Shown here: positions 29,347 to 38,572 of the stretch, piece by piece
How the letters are laid out: each line of letters starts with the position of its first letter
Position numbering within the stretch: position 1 is the first letter of the stretch
Assembly: GCA_039586365.1 (NCBI GenBank)
Contig: JBDHKN010000030.1
Span: forward strand, 1-63,273
Source of the DNA: Gemmatimonadota bacterium
GTDB lineage: Bacteria; Gemmatimonadota; Gemmatimonadetes; Gemmatimonadales; GWC2-71-9
Direction: 5' to 3'
Length of the DNA stretch: 63,273 nt
The notes under the pieces: model-generated
Databases searched by the model: none
The model's input: only the letters and a program-made list of their open reading frames with translations
Told to the model about the DNA's origin: nothing
Translations under genes and position numbers: made by a program

Positions 29347-30429
29347 CTACACAGTTGAGGGATAGAGCAGTCGTTGCACCCAGCGTGGGACACAACGTCC
29401 TGCTAGGCCGGTTGAGCGCCCTTGCGGGGTGGACCGGTACAACCGTCGCGACCGTGATAGCGGCACTGAGACCCCGCATCTTCCGGGTTGCCGATCACAA
29501 CCGAGTAACGCACGAGTGAAACCGTCAATGCTCTCAAACCGTTCCTCTCTGTGTTTCGCAAGAGCCCGTTCCAGCACGTGCTCGAACGACTGGGGAACGT
29601 CCGGCCTCAAGATCCGGACTGACGGCGGCTGCTCCTTGGCATGACGCGACATCACAGCTTGGGGCGTTCCCGTGAACGGAGGTTCACCCGCCAGCATCTC
29701 AAATACGACACATGCAAGCGAATACTGGTCGGCGCGAGCATCGATGTCCCGCTCACCTCGGGCCTGTTCGGGGCTCATGTATGCCGGAGTGCCGGGAGAG
29801 AAGCCCGACTTAGTCAATCGTCTTTCACCAGCTTCCCCCACCGCAATAGCAACCCCAAAGTCCGTGAGCATAGGGCGTCCCCGTTGGAAGAGTATGTTCC
29901 CGGGCTTGATGTCCCGATGAACCACATTCTGTCCGTGGGCATACTGGAGTGCTAAAGCAAGCTGTTGAACAATCGCCAGTGTCTCTCCAACTGTGCTGTG
30001 CCTTCCGAGCCTCAGAGCGTCCCGCAGCGATCCACCGTCGGCAAAGGGCATCACATAGTACAGAACATCGTCGAACTCGCCCGAGTCGAGGAGAGTGAGG
30101 ATATTGGGATGTCGTAGATTGGCGGTGATCTGAATCTCGCGTAGGAAGCGGTCGGCGGCGAGTGTGCACGCCCGCTCCGGGTGCAACACTTTCACCGCGA
30201 CGTCTCGGCAGTGCCCGTAGTCGTATGCCAGATAGACGGTGGCCATCCCTCCGCTGCCGAGTGGACGTCGAATCTGGTAGCGGTGACCAATCTGGTACCC
30301 AAAGTATCGGTCCGAAAGACCAACCAATGATGGCTGGCCCCTACGCACCCGCAGTCCGGCGGACGACCTGCTGGGCCCGATACCGTACGATTCTGAGGGC
30401 ACCGTCGTGCTATAGTCATTGTCAAACAT
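29347..30429 (-). CDS. serine/threonine protein kinase (PknB-like catalytic domain only)
   Basis: LGSGGMATVY, VAVK, HRDIKPGN, DFG, GTPAYMSPEQ, DQYSL. Start uncertain. Confidence 0.9.
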   Translation of the reverse strand: MFDNDYSTTVPSESYGIGPSRSSAGLRVRRGQPSLVGLSDRYFGYQIGHRYQIRRPLGSGGMATVYLAYDYGHCRDVAVKVLHPERACTLAADRFLREIQITANLRHPNILTLLDSGEFDDVLYYVMPFADGGSLRDALRLGRHSTVGETLAIVQQLALALQYAHGQNVVHRDIKPGNILFQRGRPMLTDFGVAIAVGEAGERRLTKSGFSPGTPAYMSPEQARGERDIDARADQYSLACVVFEMLAGEPPFTGTPQAVMSRHAKEQPPSVRILRPDVPQSFEHVLERALAKHREERFESIDGFTRALLGCDRQPGRCGVSVPLSRSRRLYRSTPQGRSTGLAGRCVPRWVQRLLYPSTV

Positions 30430-30632
30430 ACCGTACTCCTCAGACCTACATCCGGATTCTCACCTGGTGCCGTCAAGAGATCGTCAAGCAGTGCACCTCC
30501 CACCAGCTCCATTCTGGTGCACCCAAGGAGTCGTCCTGGCGACCGGCCCCGCGTTTCCCTATCTTCGCGGCTTGGGACAACGGCTCGATTCGAGAGTCCA
30601 ATATTCAGACATTGGGAGGCACGAATTAGGAC

Positions 30633-31847
30633 ATGAGAAGCCCATACAAATCCCTCACGTTCTGGATATTCGTCGGCCTCTTCGGCGGTATGATCTGCGG
30701 CAGAGTCTTCGGTGAGTCCATTGTGCCCGTCGCTCAGCCACTATCCGACGTATTTCTCAGACTGCTTCGCATGGCGATCATGCCGCTCATCATCACTTCT
30801 CTCACAGCGGCCGTCATTGTTGTCGGGGGGAGGAAGAATCTGGAAATACTCGGTGTGAAGACATTTGCCTATTACATCACAAGCAGTCTAATGGCGATAC
30901 TGACTGGGCAAATCCTAGTGAATATGTTCAAGCCCGGGATTGGCTCGGCTATCAGGCTGGAGGAGACTGTCACACAGATCCCGGCAGCGCAGCAAAGCTT
31001 CACCGACCTCATCCTCAACATCATCCCTGAGAATCCGTTCCGGGCACTGGCTGACGGACAGGTTCTGCCGGTGATTTTCTTCTGCATCCTCTTTGGCTAT
31101 TTCGTCACACAGCTCAAGGACCCCTTCAAGACCCATCTTGGGGATTTCTTCCAGGCTGCGTTCCAGGCCATGATGAAGATGACCCGATTCGTCATCTGGT
31201 CGGCGCCGCTGGGCGTTTTCGGTATCAATGCGGTTATCGTTGCAACAACTGGTTTCGAGGCGTTCCGGTCGCTGGGGTTCTACTTCGGTATTGTCTTGAT
31301 CGGTCTGTTCATCCACGCTGTAATCACACTGCCACTTCTCGTGTACTTTGTGACCCGCAAGAACCCCTTCCGCCACTACAAGGGTATGCCTCCGGCGCTC
31401 GTCACTGCCTTCTCGACATGTTCAACCATAGTCACATTGCCACTCACCATGGAGGCAGTCACTGACAACTCCAAGGTCTCGGAGAAGATCTCGTCCTTCG
31501 TACTTCCGATAGGTGCTACAGTGAATATGGATGGGACGGCGCTCTACGAATGTGTTGCTGTCATATTCATTGCGCAGGTCTACGGTGTTGCCCTCTCGCT
31601 GGACCAGCAACTAGTCATTGTCTTCACGGCGTTACTTGCATCGATCGGAGCTGCAAGTGTGCCAATGTCCGGACTTGTGATGATGTCGATCATCTTGGCG
31701 GCGGTTGGATTGCCTCTGGAGGGAGTCGCGATCATTCTCGCTGTGGATCGAGTTCTCGATATGTTCCGCACCACGGTGAACGTACTCAGTGATTCCTGTG
31801 GTGCCGTGATCGTGGCCAAGTTGGACGGTGAGGACGTACTCACGTAG
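30633..31847 (+). CDS. dicarboxylate/amino acid:cation symporter (DAACS, GltP-like)
   Basis: AFSTCST, GATVNMDG, ASIGAASVP and DRVLDMFRT.VNV..D motifs. Confidence 0.93.
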   Translation: MRSPYKSLTFWIFVGLFGGMICGRVFGESIVPVAQPLSDVFLRLLRMAIMPLIITSLTAAVIVVGGRKNLEILGVKTFAYYITSSLMAILTGQILVNMFKPGIGSAIRLEETVTQIPAAQQSFTDLILNIIPENPFRALADGQVLPVIFFCILFGYFVTQLKDPFKTHLGDFFQAAFQAMMKMTRFVIWSAPLGVFGINAVIVATTGFEAFRSLGFYFGIVLIGLFIHAVITLPLLVYFVTRKNPFRHYKGMPPALVTAFSTCSTIVTLPLTMEAVTDNSKVSEKISSFVLPIGATVNMDGTALYECVAVIFIAQVYGVALSLDQQLVIVFTALLASIGAASVPMSGLVMMSIILAAVGLPLEGVAIILAVDRVLDMFRTTVNVLSDSCGAVIVAKLDGEDVLT

Positions 31848-31908
31848 CCGATTCCACATTCCATTGTCCCTGGGGCCAGGTAGCCCACGCCCGAGGCGTG
31901 ACGTATAG

Positions 31909-32412
31909 TTGACAGTGACTCAGAAAGGAGACTCCGTGCGCTTGCGTTCATGCATAGAGATATTAGCTGTTGTCGGCATCCTGACCGGATGTCAGCAGAC
32001 GGTAGGATCCCTAAACAGCCCAATGCCGTTTGACACAGAGACACATATCGCAGCTTGGATCGATCTATGGAGAACGTACGATCTCAACCGCGTCGATCAA
32101 CTCTTCCTCGAAGATTCTACTGTCACCTACTTTTCGTCTGAAAGAGAAGGTCTCATCAAGGGATTCGCAGCAGTCCGTGAGCACCATGCAGGCTTTGGCT
32201 TCAGCGAAGGGGGAGGAATACCAGAACAGGAACTCTGGGTTGAGGATCTTCACACCAGCATTTACGGACCAACAGCGCTCGTAACAGGCATTTGGCTATT
32301 TGGGAATCGTCAGGCAGCTCCCGACGGCGTACAGCGGGGCCCCATGACGGTTGTTTACGTGTGGGATCACGACGGATACAGGATCGCACATATGCATTTT
32401 GCAGGTTACTGA
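31909..32412 (+). CDS. NTF2/SnoaL-like (DUF4440) lipoprotein
   Basis: Lipobox LTGC; G.MTVVY......RIAHMHF C-terminus. Start may be the GTG at 31936. Confidence 0.78.
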   Translation: MTVTQKGDSVRLRSCIEILAVVGILTGCQQTVGSLNSPMPFDTETHIAAWIDLWRTYDLNRVDQLFLEDSTVTYFSSEREGLIKGFAAVREHHAGFGFSEGGGIPEQELWVEDLHTSIYGPTALVTGIWLFGNRQAAPDGVQRGPMTVVYVWDHDGYRIAHMHFAGY

Positions 32413-32572
32413 ATTCGTCTGTCCAGTTCTCCGAGATCTTCACACGCCAGCGTCCGTGCCATAGTAGATTTGAGATTTCGTGTCGCTTCGCTCAAGCACT
32501 GTGCCGTACACGTCGAGTAGCCCTGCATGGGCCTTTGTGTGCGGAGTTGTGTAGTCCGAAAAGGAGCCGCTG

Positions 32573-34309
32573 TTGAGTAGCTGGGAACCGACCATCTCGA
32601 GACTGTTGCTCGCTCTACGACTGGAGAGCGTCAAGGCCAAGATCATCGTGTTCGCATTACTGGCGACTCTAATCCCGTCGATGAGCACGGCCTGGATCTC
32701 CTACGGCCGTAACCGGCAGTCTCTTACTGAAAAGACAGCTGAGGAACTCCAGAGTGTGGGATCCCAGACGGCCCGAGAGATGGACCTGTGGATAAGGGAT
32801 CAGCTGCACAATCTGCGCGTATTCGCAAGTTCCTATGAGGTAACTGAAAACCTCGACCTACTGCCTGCTGCGGGGGGTGCGGATATCGTAAGTACTCAAG
32901 CCTCTGTGCGGTTGAGCGATTACCTGAGCTCGGTTCAGCAGCTGTTCCCTGACTACGATGAAATCTTGGTCATAGATCACGCGACCGCAGTTGTTGCCTC
33001 CAGCTCCGATTCGGCCGGGGCCGTGAGTCTGCCGCCCAACTGGTTAGAGGAGTTACAGGCGGATGACGCCGTGGATAAGGCTATCCTAGGCGCTCCTTAT
33101 TGGGATCAACACACAGAACATGCAGTATTGACCATCGCCGTTCCCATCGGTTCGCCTGCCGGTCCATTCCTCGGCGCCATGGCGGCGAGGCTCAAGATCA
33201 ACTCCGTCGATTCGATCCTCCAGAGCTACTCACCCGGCGAATCCGGGCAAGCCTATTTGATCACCCCGGCGGGCCACGTCATTACCAGCTCACGGATGAG
33301 TTCCGCTCAGCTGATGAACATGAAATTGCCCGAGACGGCAGTCAGAAATCTGCTCGCGATGGAGGGAACCGCCATCGAGTATACCGATTACCTTGGCACG
33401 GAGGTCGTCGGAACGCTGCGCCGCATCCCTCGATTAAGCTGGGCGCTCGTGGCGGAAATCCCAATTGAAGAGGCGTACGCTCAGGTCGCGCGACTGCGCA
33501 ACGTGACGCTGGTGGTTGTAGCTACGCTCCTGCTCGGTGTGGGCGTGATTGCGTACGTTCTTGCACTGGTCATCGTCCGGCCCCTCGATCGTCTCACCGC
33601 CGGGGCCAGAGAGGTAGCGGCAGGAGATCTTTCGGTTGGACTTCCAGTGATTGGCCGCGGTGAGGTCAGCTATCTGACCGAAGTCTTCAACGACATGGTG
33701 ACCAAGCTACGCACAGGGCGGGAGGAACTCGACGCCGCAAACGAGACTCTCACAGAGCAGAATGAGGCACTGGAGCGTCTTTCTGTCACTGATGGCCTCA
33801 CGGGACTCTTTAACCGCCGCCAGCTGATGGAAACCCTTGCTAAGGAATCCCAACGCACCCGGCGTCACAAACGTCCATTTACGGTGCTGATGCTCGATGT
33901 GGATCACTTCAAGAAATGCAACGACGACTACGGTCATCTCATCGGAGACGACGTCTTGAAGAAGTTGGGGTCAATCCTCAAAGGTATGACACGAGATGTC
34001 GATTTTGTGGCCCGGTACGGTGGAGAGGAATTCGTAGTCTTGTTGCTGGAAGCAGGCCAGGACGGAGGCACCGAAGTAGCGGAGCGTATTCGCGACCGAA
34101 TCGCCGCCGAAACTTTCACCTCTGGCAAGGAGGAGTTCAACATCACGGTGAGCATCGGTGTAGCCGAGTGTTCGGGAGTGGACCCGTCGCCGGATGCTGT
34201 CATCTCCCGGGCAGATCGTGCGTTGTATCAAGCGAAACGGCAGGGACGCAATAGAGTGGCGCGGGCCGACAGCAGGAGCGGCCAACGGGGAAAGACCAGC
34301 TCGTCATGA
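32573..34309 (+). CDS. membrane diguanylate cyclase (dCache-HAMP-GGDEF)
   Basis: Two TMs flanking a Cache-like domain, HAMP, DGLTGLFNRR, DVDHFK, RxxD I-site (RDVD) and GGEEF. Confidence 0.93.
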   Translation: MSSWEPTISRLLLALRLESVKAKIIVFALLATLIPSMSTAWISYGRNRQSLTEKTAEELQSVGSQTAREMDLWIRDQLHNLRVFASSYEVTENLDLLPAAGGADIVSTQASVRLSDYLSSVQQLFPDYDEILVIDHATAVVASSSDSAGAVSLPPNWLEELQADDAVDKAILGAPYWDQHTEHAVLTIAVPIGSPAGPFLGAMAARLKINSVDSILQSYSPGESGQAYLITPAGHVITSSRMSSAQLMNMKLPETAVRNLLAMEGTAIEYTDYLGTEVVGTLRRIPRLSWALVAEIPIEEAYAQVARLRNVTLVVVATLLLGVGVIAYVLALVIVRPLDRLTAGAREVAAGDLSVGLPVIGRGEVSYLTEVFNDMVTKLRTGREELDAANETLTEQNEALERLSVTDGLTGLFNRRQLMETLAKESQRTRRHKRPFTVLMLDVDHFKKCNDDYGHLIGDDVLKKLGSILKGMTRDVDFVARYGGEEFVVLLLEAGQDGGTEVAERIRDRIAAETFTSGKEEFNITVSIGVAECSGVDPSPDAVISRADRALYQAKRQGRNRVARADSRSGQRGKTSSS

Positions 34310-34337
34310 GACAGTACCTTCTTGACTGTTGCCTCAC

Positions 34338-35183
34338 CTATCTCCGGTTCTCCACCAGGTTATGAAAGATCCAGCCACCGCGATTGTCCTCAGTGATGAT
34401 CCGCACCCACTGCTCGGCGTAGGCCTGACCCACCACATTGGCACCCGATTCCAAAGTGAAAAGGATATCGAATCCGAGACCGGGGCCTTCCCTAACGTTG
34501 GCACGCCGCACGGCCCGCAGGGGAAGCGGTAAGGCAAACAGAATCTCACCCGGCTGCGTCGATTCACTGTTTCCACCGATCAGTCGACCTCTGCCTTCCC
34601 CAGCCAGCCGCTTCGCCTCGTTCGCCAGATAGAGAGACCCCCCGTAGTTCTGGTTGTTGAACTCCACCGTACTCTCGTCCAGAAATTGCTGGGCTCGCTC
34701 AATCTCGGGAGTCTGCCTCTGCCCCGCCACTGCCTTCAGCTGTTCCAGCGCGATCTCGGCCTCAGCCATGCCTGAGGCCGCTTCTGCCCTGCTTGCCAGA
34801 GTCTGCAGCCGGGCCATCGATCGCACGACCTCCCGCATTGCTTCATCCAACTCCGCCTGTAGCTCTTCGATTTGAGCTTCTTTCTCCAGTAGCTGGAGCT
34901 GAAGTCTGGCGATCCCTTGCTCGAGTTCCGGATCCGTGGTAGTGACAGTCACAGTAACTGTGTCCACGATGAACCGCTCCACTTCCACCGTGTCGTACAC
35001 TACCACCGGTTCCGGCATTCGTGGCGGCGGTGGATCCATACATGCGGGCAGCAATAGGATCAGTGGTGAAAGCACACGTGCCCGGGGGAATACCTGAGCG
35101 CCGAGACTGGGCAGACGGATTGCGAACATCTCAAGATCCTCCTTCGCGCGGGCTACAGCTTCCATATGACGGCGCTTCGTCAT
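34338..35183 (-). CDS. coiled-coil lipoprotein with C-terminal SH3b domain
   Basis: Lipobox LPAC, coiled coil, ANVREGPG...W.....GWI SH3b motif. True start is probably downstream (e.g. 35129). Confidence 0.8.
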   Translation of the reverse strand: MTKRRHMEAVARAKEDLEMFAIRLPSLGAQVFPRARVLSPLILLLPACMDPPPPRMPEPVVVYDTVEVERFIVDTVTVTVTTTDPELEQGIARLQLQLLEKEAQIEELQAELDEAMREVVRSMARLQTLASRAEAASGMAEAEIALEQLKAVAGQRQTPEIERAQQFLDESTVEFNNQNYGGSLYLANEAKRLAGEGRGRLIGGNSESTQPGEILFALPLPLRAVRRANVREGPGLGFDILFTLESGANVVGQAYAEQWVRIITEDNRGGWIFHNLVENRR

Positions 35184-35645
35184 CAGTTGACTACAAACTA
35201 AAAGGCTTCGATCGGATTTGCGACCGCTCCTCAGTGACGAAGACTAGTCGAGGCATCCAGGAGCTCTGCTACCAGCGCGACCCCAAGTTGGAGTCCGAAG
35301 CCGCTAGGTCTGCTGGATGTGATGGTTGTCTATCAGATCCTGTGTCCCACCGAAGACGATGTCCTGAATCGCCTGCGAGCCAAGGAAGTCATGGGGGAAT
35401 CCCAACTCGACTCGGCTTGCCTCACTGAGAATACCAGCTTTGCAGGATTTCGATCCTAACACGGCCCCGTGAATCCGCTTGAAAAATAGAGAAACCACCA
35501 CCCACCCCCACCAAGGTGACCACCGCCTCGGCAAGACTGACTCGAACCCCGTTTGCGTCTATCCCCGTCCAACCGGTTACATTAAGCCAGCCAGCTGTTC
35601 AACTCTCCACATGTCACCGATACGTTTTGCCAGGAGGCTACTTCC

Positions 35646-37049
35646 GTGGGTGGACTCTTCGGTGTGGTTTCCAGAGACGACTGTGTTCCAGATCTCTTTT
35701 ACGGAACTGACTACCACTCCCACCTCGGCACAATGCGTGGTGGGCTGGCGGTGCGTAACAGCAACGGGTTTGCCCGCTTCATACACGACATAACCAACAG
35801 CCAGTTCCGCAGCAAGTTTGAAGACGATCTCCCTAGACTCAAGGGAGCCTCTGGGATCGGCGTTATTAGCGACTACGAGGACCAGCCTCTTATCATCGGC
35901 TCACACCACGGGGTTTATGCCATTGTCACCGTCGGCAAGGTAGGTAACCTGGAGGACCTGGCTGCGGCAGCACTACGAAAGCGGACTGCCCACTTCTTGG
36001 AAATGAGTGGTAACGAGCTGAATCCCACCGAACTGGTGGCACACCTGATCGATCAGGAAGAGTCCTTCGAGAACGGCATCCAGCGGGCCCAGGAGGCAAT
36101 CGAGGGCTCGTGCTCGCTGTTGCTTCTGACTGAGCACGGGATCTACGCGGCCCGGGACCGTTTGGGGCGGACGCCGGTTGTAATCGGCCAGAAGCCAGGG
36201 GCGTTTGCGGCCACACTCGAGACCTGTGCGTTGCCAAACCTCGGCTACGAGATCACCAAGTACCTTGGACCCGGTGAGGTGGTACGCATCACTCATGACG
36301 GTGTGGAGCAGCTCTTGCAGCCTAGGGCCAGGATGCAGGTCTGCGCCTTTCTCTGGGTCTATTACGGGTACCCGGCATCAAGTTATGAGAGCATCAACGT
36401 GGAGGCAGCACGTTACCGTTGCGGGACGTTCCTGGCCCGGCGTGACGATGTCGAGGTCGACGTAGTCGCCGGCATCCCGGACTCCGGCACAGGCCACGCC
36501 ATAGGCTATGCCAGTGCTGCCGGCGTCCCTTATAGACGTCCCTTCGTCAAGTACACTCCCACGTGGCCTCGCAGCTTCATGCCGCAGGATCAGAGGGTTA
36601 GAGACCTCGTCGCGCGGATGAAGCTCATTCCGATCCGCGAGATCATCGAGGGGAATCGGTTGCTCTTCTGCGAAGACTCTATTGTCAGAGGAACTCAGCT
36701 CCAGGACATCATCAGGCGAATCTTCGACCACGGTGCCGAGGAGGTCCACATGCGGCCTGCGTGTCCGCCCCTGGTCTTCGGCTGCAAGTTCCTCAACTTC
36801 TCGCGCTCGCGATCAGAGCTGGATCTGGCAGGTCGCAGAGCTATCAAAGAGATCGGTGGTGGGGATCAGCCGGACAATCTGGACGAATTTGCCGACCACA
36901 CCTCCGCCGGCTACTGCGCCATGATCGAGAGCATTCGAAAGCGACTGGGGCTCACTTCACTGCGCTATCAGCGGCTGGACGATCTTGTGGCTGCAATCGG
37001 CCTGAGCAAAGAAGACCTCTGTACATTTTGCTGGGACGGGGCGGAGTGA
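35646..37049 (+). CDS. purF: amidophosphoribosyltransferase-like protein (no N-terminal Cys)
   Basis: RDRLGRTP, GIPDSG, RSFMP, EDSIVRGT PRPP loop and Fe-S cysteines; N-terminus is MGGLFG; GGAGG RBS. Confidence 0.88.
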   Translation: MGGLFGVVSRDDCVPDLFYGTDYHSHLGTMRGGLAVRNSNGFARFIHDITNSQFRSKFEDDLPRLKGASGIGVISDYEDQPLIIGSHHGVYAIVTVGKVGNLEDLAAAALRKRTAHFLEMSGNELNPTELVAHLIDQEESFENGIQRAQEAIEGSCSLLLLTEHGIYAARDRLGRTPVVIGQKPGAFAATLETCALPNLGYEITKYLGPGEVVRITHDGVEQLLQPRARMQVCAFLWVYYGYPASSYESINVEAARYRCGTFLARRDDVEVDVVAGIPDSGTGHAIGYASAAGVPYRRPFVKYTPTWPRSFMPQDQRVRDLVARMKLIPIREIIEGNRLLFCEDSIVRGTQLQDIIRRIFDHGAEEVHMRPACPPLVFGCKFLNFSRSRSELDLAGRRAIKEIGGGDQPDNLDEFADHTSAGYCAMIESIRKRLGLTSLRYQRLDDLVAAIGLSKEDLCTFCWDGAE

Positions 37050-37077
37050 GCTTGGCGCTCTGCGTGACACTGGCTAT

Positions 37078-38169
37078 CTAGCGGCTGCGCTGGAGCTGAA
37101 GGAACTCCAGTACTCTTATCTCATCCCGCCTCAGCGCCGTGGCCGGCCGTCCACCTCTTTTCGTCGTTGGTGGCGGAGGTGATTCCCCGACTACTTTGCC
37201 GCGCATATACCCATCGATCACGTCCGGATGGACATAGTACTTGCGACACACAGTACGCGTATTGCCCAGTCGTTCTGCGACTCGATCGATGGCCCGAACG
37301 ATGTTGCGCTTTGCTTCCCGCTTTGTTGTGGCTGGCCCCATGTCGCGTAGCGTGGTTGCCGCGTACATGGTCCCCGCCCAGGTCCGGAAGTCCTTCGCTG
37401 AGATATCCTTGCCTGTTATTTGCTTGAGGTAGTCGTTGATATCACCCGAGTCTACGTCCTGCCGTCGGCCGTTGTCATCCAAATACTGAAACAGCTCTTG
37501 CCCTGGCAAAGTCTGGCACTGCTGCACGATCCTCGCAATCCGCTTGCTGGTAATAGCGACTTTGTGGGCCACACCGCTCTTGCCACGGAACTCGAACCTG
37601 AGCTGCGAACCAGTCACCGCCACATGATGATTCTTGAGGGTGGTTAGGCCGAACGAGCGGTTCTCCTTGGCATAGACGTCGCTGCCTACTCGGATCAAGG
37701 TCTTCTCGAGCAAACGCACCACGGTGGCCAACACTTTCTCTCGTGGCAGTCCGGGCCGCAACATGTCCCGTTCAACCCGTTTTCGGATTGTGGGAAGCAA
37801 CTCACTGAACGACAGCATGCGGTCGAACTTGGTCTCGTCACGTACCTTGCGGTACCGCGAGTGATAACGGTATTGCTTGCGTCCCCTGGAATCCCGGCCG
37901 GTGACTTGGATGTGACCATTGGCCTTGGGGCAGATCCACACATCACGCCAGGCCGGAGGGATCACCAAAGACCTGATACGTGCCAGGGTCTTGGGATCCC
38001 GGATCGGCTTGCCAGCAGAGCCGGTGTAGCTGAATCCACGCCCCCTGCGCCTGCGCCGGATCCCCGGTTGGGCGTCGGTGACATATCGTAGCCCGGCGGC
38101 TTCAGCAGACTCTCTCAGTGAAAACCTCTCCGCGTTGTCAGGTGGTGGCTCCCACGGGGTCGGAGACAA
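37078..38169 (-). CDS. DNA topoisomerase IB (bacterial/poxvirus-like)
   Basis: IPPAW.DVWI, GRKQYRYH, LIRVG, SFGLTTL, FRGKSG, AKDFRTW, LGNT..VCRKYYVHP (catalytic Tyr). Confidence 0.93.
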   Translation of the reverse strand: MSPTPWEPPPDNAERFSLRESAEAAGLRYVTDAQPGIRRRRRGRGFSYTGSAGKPIRDPKTLARIRSLVIPPAWRDVWICPKANGHIQVTGRDSRGRKQYRYHSRYRKVRDETKFDRMLSFSELLPTIRKRVERDMLRPGLPREKVLATVVRLLEKTLIRVGSDVYAKENRSFGLTTLKNHHVAVTGSQLRFEFRGKSGVAHKVAITSKRIARIVQQCQTLPGQELFQYLDDNGRRQDVDSGDINDYLKQITGKDISAKDFRTWAGTMYAATTLRDMGPATTKREAKRNIVRAIDRVAERLGNTRTVCRKYYVHPDVIDGYMRGKVVGESPPPPTTKRGGRPATALRRDEIRVLEFLQLQRSR

Positions 38170-38572
38170 GATGGATAGGATAGGACGTTAGCGCAAAGGC
38201 TGGCTTCTGGTCTATTCCTTGCGCATGATGATCGATCGAGATCCTGTGTTGACGGTGAAGCCACAGGGGCTGGGCACCACCGCCAACGGCCCACCAAGCG
38301 ACTGAGATCGGTGAGGTTGACCCTGGAGTGGCAGTAGGGCCTATCTCAGATCAGGCAGGCGTCTTCTTGGGACCTCCTCACCGTGGAGCAAAACGGGCTG
38401 TGGTCTTGGAGATCACCCAAGCCCATGATACACTTAGGGTCAGCGAAATCATGTGTCAATACGTCTGTTCGTTCGGCTGCAACGAGCACCCGATTGCCGA
38501 AGTGGCCCCACGCTGCTTGAGCGGTTCATTTTAGGAACGTGATCCAGGATATGGCACTGGGGATTCATCCTG

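Noticed and set aside
35184..35645. Riboswitch (PRPP/ykkC or ZTP) upstream of purF
   Set aside because: Consensus elements were not found by eye; an Rfam scan would be needed to exclude it fully.
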